44,000 bases of DNA from Penicillus capitatus. Taxonomy: Eukaryota; Plantae; Chlorophyta. How positions within the stretch are numbered: the first letter of the stretch is position 1; every line of letters starts with the position of its first letter. The notes under the pieces are model-generated. The model saw only the letters and a program-made list of their open reading frames with translations, was not told where the DNA came from and did not search any database. This document shows, in pieces, positions 11,677 through 21,760 of this stretch. Location of the stretch: positions 1,658,768-1,702,767 of the forward strand of contig OZ287698.1 of the NCBI GenBank assembly GCA_965649825.1, read 5' to 3'. The position numbers and the translations under genes are program-made.

Positions 11677-13130
11677 TGTCAGACAAGACTGTCACATCAC
11701 CTGTAGCGTATGAACACATGGATGTGAACGCATTTGTACCTTTAGCTCTGTAATCAGTGAAGCCCTCCTTTGACACGGTTTCGGAGCTGAGTCTACGCTC
11801 CTTCGTTTGAACTCCGTCTGTGTGACGTTACGCGTTTTGCTGCGTGCTTTACGCGTCTTCCTGTGTGGAACTCGAGACCTGTCTAGACGCGTCTAGGCAT
11901 ATCTAGGAATTTCAAGAAGCCTCGACAAGGATGAGTCGAGCACAACCAAGAGAGCAGGGTCAAACAGAAGAGAGAAGGAGTAGCTTATACGGAACGTATC
12001 AACTGGGTGATTATGGCTTCGTGAATGTCATCACTGAAGCGGGCGAAGACGAAAACTGTTTCCCTAAACTGAGGGGACGCCCGGTGTTGACGCAGCCAGA
12101 GGACGTTGTCGACGATGCGTGGTACTGGTTGGTGGAAATGAATAAGATGAAGCGTTTTCTCGAGCGGATTGGCGCATGGGTACGGGAGAGACGTGACCTG
12201 CCGCAGAGGCTGCAGGAAGAAAGACAAGCGAGTGATGGACTGCGGCGCGAGCTGACCGCAACAGGTGAAAACCTCACCAACGCACAAAGGGCGTTGCGCG
12301 TGGTTCGCGCGGAAAAGGAAGAATTGCTGAAAAGCCTGCAGGAAGAGCGGTGAATTAACGAGAAACTGCGAAGAGACATCACTGAGGATGTCCACCAGAC
12401 CAAACACGAAGTGGACAAGGCCCGCATGGAAACCTTTTCTCTTCAAGAGAAACTGACAGAGACTGAAACGGCCTTCACAGAGGCGAAAAAGAATTTCATT
12501 TCGGCACCCGATTTGGTGCCATGTCTACAATCGCTAGCCAACGAGGTGAAGACACTACAAAAGGATGTGCAGACGAGCTTCGAAAGGACAGCTGAGGTGA
12601 TGTCGACGAGGACACTAGAAAGACAACGAAGTTCGAAGACGTTGCAGCAGATGAAGCGAGTGCTGCACGACATTGGACGGTATCCACAGAAACGGCGAAC
12701 GAAGACTGACGTGACAAAAGAAGATGGCGCAAGGATCGTCGGTCGAGGCAGAATCTGTTATTTCTGCCGATGCAAAGGGCATCTGATTAAGGATTGTCCG
12801 CGGGCGCGGGCTTTGGGTGCGGTCGAGTCAGCAACTCCGACGACATCGGATGCACGTCAGAGAGCGGAGGGTCCACAAGAAGCGATTGATGAGGTAGCAT
12901 CTACAGGATGGAGCATTTTCTCAGTTTTCAAAAGGACGTTTACCTCGGGTATCGATTGACTTAATTCTGTTCATTTTTCGGAGGGTTTTCACGTTTTCGG
13001 AGTCTGCACAAACGGAAGGTGGATGGGACCATGTCAGACAAGACTGTCACATCACCTGTAGCGTATGAACACATGGATGTGAACGCATTTGTACCTTTAG
13101 CTCTGTAATCAGTGAAGCCCTCCTTTGACA
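11677..13130 (+). mobile_element. Non-autonomous LTR retroelement 2 (1454 bp, gag-like ORF only)
   Basis: Identical 99-bp LTRs (11677-11775 and 13032-13130) with TGTCA...TGACA ends. 5-bp TSD GTTCT (11672-11676 and 13131-13135). PBS-like CGGTTTCGGAGC at 11776. Leader and ORF are homologous to element 1. Confidence 0.95.
11931..12959 (+). pseudogene. Coiled-coil/CCHC gag-like ORF with a single in-frame TGA at 12351-12353
   Basis: ORFs 11931-12353 and 12411-12959 are in the same frame. Contains FISAPDLVPCLQSL, SSKTLQQMKRVLHDIGRYPQ, CYFCRCKGHLIKDC and GWSIFSVFKRTFTSGID, all shared or nearly shared with 6863-7942. Confidence 0.88.
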
Positions 13131-13264
13131 GTTCTGAAGACAAATCTCGCATTTGTAACAAAGACGGATTCTGTTGTTTTGCGCCTACTTTCGTTTCCTT
13201 TCTAACCCGTATCGGTATAGTTATATAGCTAGACAGATGCAACAGCGCAGGTGTCGTAGGGGAC

Positions 13265-13560
13265 AGTGTCGCGTAGGTTGTTTGATGGAATTGATTAGAG
13301 TCGTATGGGATCGTAAACTTTGAAACGCAAATGTCTTACAAACGAAAGACAAGATCTGTACATCTACAACGCTTTTACAGAGTGCTTTATTAAGTAACAA
13401 AAAGGAATATTCTGTGAAGACTCCGGAATCTACTTGGAATCTGTGACGTAGAGTCGCGGGTCTATTTGTGGATAGGAAGGTACAGAGAACCTACGACCTG
13501 TCACTTGGAGATCGACACGTGTAAGTAGATGAGCTCATTATCGTGAGCGCTATGCCTTAA
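13265..13560 (-). repeat. Right arm of the long diverged inverted repeat
   Basis: Its reverse complement is collinear with 8700-9450 once the two insertions there are removed. Confidence 0.8.
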
Positions 13561-13775
13561 CACGACAAAAGCTGTTAGCTTCGCTGTTATCGTACCATCT
13601 GGACGACTGTCCCCTTCCGGGTCACGTCCCTGTGAACAGACTTAATGCCCTCACCTGTTGAACTCTGCTCTGTGTAATCTATTCGTGTTTGCCTCATCAA
13701 CCGACGCTCGCATTACCCTATTAATTCTTCACATTCGGTGGCGCGGTCGGCGACGTTTAACATTAAACCGCGACC

Positions 13776-14225
13776 TTATTGTTGTGGTCTTGACACATCG
13801 AACAAAAAGGTCACAAAGTATGTCGATATTTGTACTTTATATGTCTTGACCCGAGTTCTTGTGTTTAAAAAAGCGCTTAGAACGCACAACTTTCGAGCGA
13901 GCTTGAGCCTTGCCGCTTCGTCATTGGCTTGAATGAGACCTCGTTCGACCATTGCCGCATGCGGTGATGCTTCAAAACCTCTCCACGTCACCGCGCCAAA
14001 TGTCCCCCTCTCATACAAATGCCCCACAAGCCCGAAGATGTTTTGCCTCAAGACCGCGTTCCCATAGAACGGCCACACCTCCTCACCGCACCGCAGCCTC
14101 ACGTCTTCCAACTCCACCATGCGCACCTCTACCTCTTCTAGGAACGGCCCATACAATAACACCGAAAAACTCCTTCCCTCAATAAGAATCACAGCTTGCT
14201 CGTGGTTTTCAGGAACTGGGTTCAT
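13776..14225 (-). CDS. Intronless orphan ORF, 149 aa
   Basis: ATG-initiated, globular-looking composition. No family recognised. Confidence 0.35.
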   Translation of the reverse strand: MNPVPENHEQAVILIEGRSFSVLLYGPFLEEVEVRMVELEDVRLRCGEEVWPFYGNAVLRQNIFGLVGHLYERGTFGAVTWRGFEASPHAAMVERGLIQANDEAARLKLARKLCVLSAFLNTRTRVKTYKVQISTYFVTFLFDVSRPQQ

Positions 14226-14320
14226 CTTGATTGTTTTTAAAATGTTTTACTTACTGACAATACAGAAAAGAAAAGAAAAAAAAAGCTTTAGTACACAGGG
14301 ACAATGGTATCTGCGCGTCA

Positions 14321-14465
14321 TAACGCAGCGCAATACAGTCGCGGCAGTGCGACGCGACGAGCAGATACTGTCGCGACGCACTTCCGTGACGTTAAAGGCG
14401 CGTCACGTCGCACTGCCGCGACGTACCCGCGGCGAATCACGTAACGCGGCGCAATACAGTCGCGG
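14321..14465. repeat. CpG-dense island with a 17-bp perfect inverted repeat and a 24-bp direct repeat
   Basis: GTCGCGGCAGTGCGACG (14338-14354) and CGTCGCACTGCCGCGAC (14406-14422). TAACGC[A/G]GCGCAATACAGTCGCGG at 14321 and 14442. Confidence 0.9.
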
Positions 14466-14639
14466 AAAACCGTCTGGGGCGTCGTGGAGGAATGAATGCT
14501 GCTGCCAGAGGGTCTATGCTGCTCGATGGCGAACGCGGATCATCGACAACCAAAATTCGATTCCAAGAAGAAAAGTCGGAGTGCATGCATTTACACTTAT
14601 GCTGCTATCGCAGCTGCCATCCTTGGTGTACTGGCTGTC

Positions 14640-16015
14640 CGGGTGTCGTTCCGTTCTTATGCACATGTCCAGTAAGATTTGGGACAAGTGGTTTCTGATC
14701 GAAAGGATTCTTCTACTGGATCATGGAGTGATCGTCCGATGCCGAAACGAGATACTCCGGTTTGCCCTTTGTCAGCTCTTGGAATCTTTCTTATGCCGCC
14801 TGCAGCATAGCTGGATCTTAGATGTGATATGACAGCTTTGTATTTATCACGTGTCGTTTCTCATCAGATGTCGGCGGAGCCTTTCCATGACGATCGAAGG
14901 GTCCTGTTCGAAGGACATAGTCTGAACTGAATGTCAGTGTGTTCGCCCAATGTGCATGGCCAGCAAGACGACCAATCAATGTCCCTGTTCTTGTATCCCA
15001 CACAGCAATGGTCGTATCTCTCGAACTCGAATAGATGCAATCGTTCCCTCCCCACTTGACACAAGCAATGAGCTTCTGCTGCGTCGAAAGTGTCTTCTCA
15101 CATCGTCTGTAGCACGTACATTGATGACCACTCAGAAGATCACAGAAATCTGCACTCGGTCTTGGCATTCCATATCTTTATGGTGCAATCCTTGGATCCG
15201 CTGCAAAACAGGATGCACGGACACATGAGATGTGCAGGTTTCCAGGCCTGTCATAAAGTAACCAGAAATGCAGCAGCATATCAAACGATGGTCTTTGATG
15301 CACCATAGATGTGATCCACTTTTTGTGACCGTTGCAGCCTCCAAGTGGATCTGCCTTAGCCGGATTCCAAACAAAAATCTGTCCCTTCATATCGACTGTG
15401 GTCAACAGTTCCCCATCCGGCGAGCAACTGACCACCAGAAGCCAACTCTTGTGTCCCTACCCATCCATCTGCTATCCATTTCATACTTTTTCCGTTGGCA
15501 ACGGACCTTGCAAGTGTGCAGGGGTGTCTGTGAATCGAGATTCCAATGCCGCACCATGGCATCGCCTGATCCACTGGCCAACCGTTTTCCATCGGGACTG
15601 AACCCGATGTTCAGAACAGCCTCCATATGCCCTTGCAACGATGCCGTGCAGCGTGTGACAACTCGTACACGAAAGACAGCCTGTGGACGGTAGACCACTC
15701 TGAGCACCTTCTCGACCGACGCACTGTGCTTCAACAGGTGGTGGTCTTTAAGAGTACCCTTAATCGGCAGATCGTCTAAGAGAAAAGAGTAAGGCAATGT
15801 TTGCTCATTCTTCAGACATTCATCGAGAAGCTGCTCCAATTGAGCTGTCGACGCTTCAGAAATGCCATACCGCGGCCCTGCACAGAACAGATCCTCGCTT
15901 TGACGACAGGGTCATCCTTTCTTGACGGCACCTGCTGGCATACCGGCCTCCGATTCAAACTGAAGGATGACATGAGTCGATGCTTTTGACGTCGCGCGCG
16001 TCGTCGGTTTCGCAT
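14640..16015 (-). pseudogene. NLE1: Notchless/Rsa4 WD40 ribosome-biogenesis gene, intron-containing pseudogene
   Basis: NLE-domain motifs VILQFESEAG, LPYSF and [14 protein letters not shown] repeats [29 protein letters not shown] and VKWGG...YSSSRDTTI, plus YVLRTGPFD and LVSASDD. The ATG is out of frame by 1 nt, there is a frameshift near 15150, in-frame TAA (14791) and TAG (14713, at a conserved Trp), and the last repeats were not found. Confidence 0.88.
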
Positions 16016-16139
16016 GCAACGTGTAACAAGGGTTAGTTAAACGTGATGTCCCTGTCTGTCAACGAACATTCTTTGGGGTGATGCAACTGCATTTGTTCAG
16101 TTACCATGCATGTCGAATACTGCTTCGATTTGCTTGTGA

Positions 16140-17100
16140 AGACTTTTACCAGCGAGGTAAACGAGAAGAAAACACACCTCTAGAGATATCCCCAAGATCT
16201 TTCATCGACCAACAGTCCGCATTCTGTACGAGATGTTTATTGGCTCCAGCATTCTCTTCGATAGACAGAGCGATTCTTGTGCCTTCGGGTCCCTTCGATC
16301 AAAGGATTTCCACAAAATAGACAAACATCTGTATAAGGTACTACAGATGAGCAAGAACAGGAACACCAGCGAGCAGTTCAGCATTGACGGCGTCAATGCG
16401 TAGAACCGGAGAAGAAAAAAAGAATAAAGATAAGCTTTGGCATCAATGGACATAGGATACTTAGCGAAATCCCAGCAATGCAAAACCCTAGACGGCAGAA
16501 ACGCCGGATCTAGCTGATGGCATTCGTGGCAATAGAGCAACTAACTCTGTGTACGCACATTTTTGTGGAGTAGGGGGACTCCGAAACAACGACTTCTGCT
16601 GACAAAAAGAAGGAAGATGTGCTTGGCAACCAACGCAGAGATATTGTTGCATCTCAAACAACACCTCGTCTGACAGTTGAACAGGTAAATCAACAATTAA
16701 CGTCAAACTTTTTAAGCGTTTCAAAATTCTATCATGAATCAAATTGCGGATTCTATCTTCTGTAACTCTCTCATTTCTTTGATGGGACTTCGTTCCTCCC
16801 GGTATACTCGGCAGCGCATCGAGAAACTCAGCCACGGATGTCCAGATGAGGAATTCTTGGTATCCAGCCATGCGATCCCAAAACATTGACGAATAAAAAC
16901 AAATCGAGCTTCGATGATCTCTCTTGAGAATCGTCTTGTCGCTCGCGATTCTGGCTGTCGACAAACTCGTCCACGAGTGCGGTAACTCGATTTCTTGTAT
17001 TGTCAAATTTCCGTCCAAGGCAACACAAGCTTACTAAAACGACAACGATAACAACAGTCTGCCAGACTCAGTGAAGTGCATGACAGTTCGTTTAATAAAC
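16140..17100 (-). pseudogene. Rubicon-homology (DEF8/PLEKHM1-like) zinc-binding domain gene, pseudogene
   Basis: QQYLCVGCQAHL...KCAYTE/LYCHECHQ...LPSRVLHCWDFAKYPMS matches the RH-domain signature. A 4-bp AGTT duplication near 16545 shifts the frame, and there is a stop in the terminal Cys cluster. The gene may extend to about 18200, but those exons were not resolved. Confidence 0.72.
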
Positions 17101-18391
17101 CGATTTCAGATTTCAAAGCCGTCTTCAAGAACATGATACACGATGCATAACGATCGCTCTGGTCGGAGTCCATCTAAGCAAAAACAACCGTTAAGAATCT
17201 AGCCAGTCATACCACGACCAGCACATCGAATCAGAACCATTTCTGAGCCCGCTTGATTATTAGGCTTCCTCTCGCTACAGGAACCTCTCGCTCAATGGAA
17301 TAGAGAAAGAGTGATCAGAAATAAATAGAATGGGAAAGATGCTGACTTCTTCATCAAGAGGGCCGTTGAAATCGTCAACGGCTGAGACATCCGTCAGTTG
17401 CGTCGATAGACCGTTCCCTGGAATTATGCTCAGCACGGACATCAATCTCTCTGGGATACAGTTTCCTTTTTTGTCTTTTTCGACGATTCGATGGGAAACT
17501 ACGCACTTAGACACGTTTATCATACTTTTCATGGATCGTTCGCCTGTCTAGGCCATGTAGTGTACGCCAGACGCGTCTCCAGTCCGGGAATAACTGTTGG
17601 TTGTTCCAAGGCGAGGATGGCGCACCGTGGCGGTCAGTGCCTGACGGTGTCCGCATCGAATAGGCCGATTCGAAAGAGACTGCTGGTTCAAGCAGGAGAC
17701 TAAATACGTAAATCTGAACGGGCCGATCACTTATCATTATTAACTTGGACCATGCCGCGCTGACTTTTTTCGTAGACCCGCGCAACGCTCATAGTTCTTG
17801 TAGATAGACGTGTCCAGGTTGGTTCCATTTTTGTGAATCGACAACGAGATATTCGTTCGATACACCAATTGCTGGTTTTTTGACACTCTAAAGTTTGATA
17901 CTCCAAAACCGTTCACGTACTGTTGAATGATCTGCAAATCGCAGCAACTTCGAAGGTGATGGTTTCCTTGTACGTTGATTGGATGAGTCTGCGCCAGTCG
18001 CGATGGAGTCCGCTGTGGATCAAGCAAGTGGACAGAATGGATAATGCGGCCACGGTCGCATGTCCTCTCTTACATACTGCTTGCTCCCTGTCAAACAACA
18101 GGGAGGGATACATTCGAACAAATAAATCCTCGTCCTCTTTTAGAAACAGACAGATCTCACTTCCCACATGGAAACATCGGGCAGAAAAAGAAGGTATGTG
18201 TTTGGCACAGAATGATGACATCGGAGTCATCAGTCACAAGGAGTGTTGTAGAATCCTATCAGGGTTTTTAGAAGTAAAAAAGGTCAGAATTGGAACTGTT
18301 AGACAGACATACAGACATTCAGCCAAGAAGAGAAAGGTGACAGCTCGGCAGAGCCAAGATCGCGATTTGAACAAAGGCATAGACGAACAGC

Positions 18392-20366
18392 TCAATCGCT
18401 GTATTGGAGCTGATTTCCGACGCTTTTCTTGACGATTTGGATGTAGTGCGTTGGTAGGTGGTGGGCTAGTCCGTCCGAAAGTGGTTCTCTTCCAAACTTT
18501 CCTTTGTAGAAGTTAGCGAAACTTGACATCGCGTCCGCCACATTATCCTGCAGTTATAGATTTCAGGTTTAGGCACCTTTTAACAGAAAACTTACGAGTA
18601 GATTGTCGCCACTGTCCTGGCTGTTCGCGACCTCATCTAGGGAGTCTTCATCGAGGTCAATATGTCCTTGGTCGCTGATGAACACTTTCCCGCTAGTGTG
18701 ATTGTAGCACATTCGTAGAAAGAGAGGAAAAGGATCTTCACGGCCAACAACGCGAATGGAATTCTGAACTGTATCTGCAAACGCTTCGATGAACGAAGGT
18801 TTGCCAACACACATCGCCCCGAAAGTCATATGCGAGATTTTAGGTCCATCTCTACCGTCCATTCTACTCACAGATATCATCTCGATCTGTTGCTTCATAT
18901 AACACTCGAGATCACCTTCGATTAGCGAACTCAAAAGCCGCAAGTGTTGAAAGAGCTCCTCCAAGTGAGTGGCCTGTCACCATGACATTCCAACTGGAAT
19001 GCCAACCGGTAATGTCATAAACAAGTTGAAGAATCTCTTCTCTGATAGAGTTATAGCAGTTCAAGTAGCCCCCGTGCACATGGATGTCGCCTTTCTGGAG
19101 ATGTGCCGTTGGCTTGATTGTGTAGTGATCCTCACGCATATCTCCAAGCTTCGAAGGTTTAATGCTGAAATTGGTAAGCGCGTCTTTCAGCTGAAATGTT
19201 CCACGAAACGCGACGATCAACACTTTGTTATCAGGATTGACGTCTTTCCATAGCCATGCCTGGAGGCCTTTCACTATGTCATCTTCGTTTGTTTTTGGAT
19301 CTAACCTGTGTGTCCGTCGCGGTCATATCAAAGTAAGCGATCGGTTGCATGTTGATTTTCTCAGTTCCTCTGACCCAAGGAATAGTCTGGACAATGGGAG
19401 GGAGAACACCATCTTGACCACTGGTCGATTTCCACGGTCTGGGTACGCCAGGCTTACCCCAGGCATCTTTGACAGAACAAAACAAAAATGAAGATTTAGT
19501 ATGATCGACAGCGTCAATGACGCACCATGAAACGAGTAGTACTCAGTAGTGAAGTTAACGGTCACATAGCTCGATAAGAATCCACCCATCGGTATCTTCA
19601 AGTGGCAGGATTGCGGTTTTCCCGCCGTTCTCAGTCCATCCAAGGTTAACTCTTCCTCACCCAACAGGTTTTCCTTGTTTCCCATCATCATCAATCCTCC
19701 TTGGTAATCAAACAACTTCACATGGAGCTTTCCATCGAAATCGTCCCTCAGATACTGCTTCCTGCAGCACACTGTCAACGTCAGTTTATTCTGAGGTTAG
19801 GCGAGTGCCATACCTAATTGGCAATATATGAGTAGAATTCCAAGAAGGATTCTTCTGATTCTTTTTCACTTCGCTTCTTACCACAGAAGAGCCGATAGAG
19901 AAGGAGACATAAAGATCGTCATTGTCACGAAATCCAAAGAAACGATTCTACATTCAGATAAGACATTCAGACGTTAGAGCCTCGTCGGGCCGTAATCTCA
20001 CCCTGTTACGACTACTAACGGCATTCTGAATGTGAATCTTCAGAACACCTTCGAATGCTGCCTCTGCTGCTTCACTAGACAGAGAAAAGACCAATCGCAC
20101 AGCCGTGGTCGAAGAGAACGAACTTACTAAGTGAAGTAGTGAACATTACCGTCGTTTTCTGTAGTGTCGCAAAAGCCTTCCAGGTTGCGTTGGCTCGGTA
20201 TCTCGTAAGCTTGCGAGACAAATCTTACAAGACTGTAGGCAGCCTCGGCCACAGATGGTTCGCTTGTTACATCGTCGGAGTCCTCTGTTGGTAAAAACCA
20301 CGAGAAGCCGTCCTTGATTTTCTCTTTGAAAAACTGGACAATCGGTAGTGCGTTGGACTGCATCAT
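18392..20366 (-). CDS. C2-domain plus class-3 lipase (GHSLGG), multi-exon, apparently intact
   Basis: C2-like exons (VLKIHIQNA, NPSWN, KLHVKLFD). Lipase motifs TDTQ-AW, IVAFRGT, VHGGY, VTGHSLGGAL, TFGA..VG, RVV..EDPFP and HHLPTHY. GT-AG introns that keep frame can be placed throughout. The true start codon is uncertain and could lie up to about 20550. Confidence 0.8.
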
Positions 20367-21352
20367 GGGTTCTGGTTGACAGCAAAATCACTACGATGCT
20401 TCCAGTGTATGTCTGCGAAGTAGCACGCGAGACCTTGGGAGAATCGCTTTGAAGACGGAGCGTTTTAGTCTGTCGAATCGGTCGAACTGAAAGGTCGAAA
20501 AACTCAAGACAGCAGGCAGGAAGTACTCGACTAAACTTGAATCCGAGCGCATTGTCCGTCCCTTAAGTAAGTTCAAAAATAGCCTCCAGGTTCTCGATTG
20601 GTCGGCCTCGTTTCTGCGTAGCACGCGGCAGAGGCTCAGCGTTCACAGCTTTGCAGCACATCATGCGACCACATTATCACGGTCATGCTGTGATAACCGT
20701 CAGTGTCTGCACCCATCAGCTCTACAAGACGCATCAAATTGGCCTCGAAAACACTAAGCACGTTGACCCGGGGGTAGCGAAGCTGCGCTGGTGCTGTCTT
20801 GTCTGAGAAGAGTAGCTACGTGAAGACTTCTCGACTTAGAACACCCTAGAATACACTAGGCGTGTCTACCCACCACCAACGGATGGATCCAAAAATGGAA
20901 AGAAAGCCTGCATAATAGCAGGCATGGATGGGCCTGCAACGAGAAATGACCACCAAAACTTTCCAAATGAATTCCCAGAAGAACTCAATTAGTCAATTCA
21001 AGGATGGAGACCATGTTTGTTTATAACAAAACAAAGTCGGCTTTCAGAAGGACGAGCCGCCCCAGGCAGTTAGATGCAATTCGTAGAGAATAGCTTCAAT
21101 GACTGCATCAATACAAGAAGGACGAATAGCGTGGCACATTTTTCTGTCAGCCAGATGACGCATCGAGGTCTCACTTGACAAACTCCCAGTAGGCGCTCAG
21201 ACGGAAACAAGAGAAACGACAGCCTGAGGTCTTCTCCGAGCTTCGCCCATCACTTCTGGAGGCTCCACGTCCGTTCTTCACATGTTCCCAATCTCTACAT
21301 CACGAGATCACGGTGAAATGGAAAGTTTCTTGGATGCATGCGTGACACATCT

Positions 21353-21760
21353 TTAGAGATATTCTTCGTTTCTGGATTCAGTCTTCGGACGACAGAGGTA
21401 ATATTGTCTCAGCCTTCCAAGAAGCTGCATAGATCCGCATAATGCAATATAACATGCAGCATTGACATCTCTGTGGATGAAGTTTACTGAGCATGACTGG
21501 ACCACGCCTGTTTGGTTTGCATAACGAAACACTCGCGAACCCACGGTCTGCCTCAGCTTCTCTCCGCAACAGCAGCAGCACTTGGATGTGTTGTATTCAC
21601 AGATCATAATAATGGGGGTCAGAAACCCCCTCATCTCGATGTGTCGGAACACATCATCCTTACAGGACGAGGACTAGTAAGACAAGAACAGCTCAACAGA
21701 ATCCCTGAGGATTCTATCTTCCAAAAGCTCCTCAGAGCCGAGGCCAGAAGACTAGCACGA
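21353..21760 (-). pseudogene. Fanzor/TnpB-like nuclease, C-terminal remnant 1 (Zn ribbon plus RuvC-III)
   Basis: PRPVRMM/FRHIEMRG...IIMICEYNTSKCCCCCGEKL...RVFR...SC...HRDVNAACYI...LLGRLRQYYLCRP matches the EyxTSxxCxxCG...RDxNAAxNI...GxxRPxxLxR pattern. A 2-bp frameshift lies near 21650 and the N-terminus is missing. Confidence 0.82.

Noticed and set aside
14443-14455. 12-bp match AACGCGGCGCAA between the palindromic island and the array core end
   Set aside because: Too short and GC-rich to distinguish from chance.
20880-21180. Additional RT fragment (QNKVGFQKD)
   Set aside because: A single weak motif among many stops; insufficient support.
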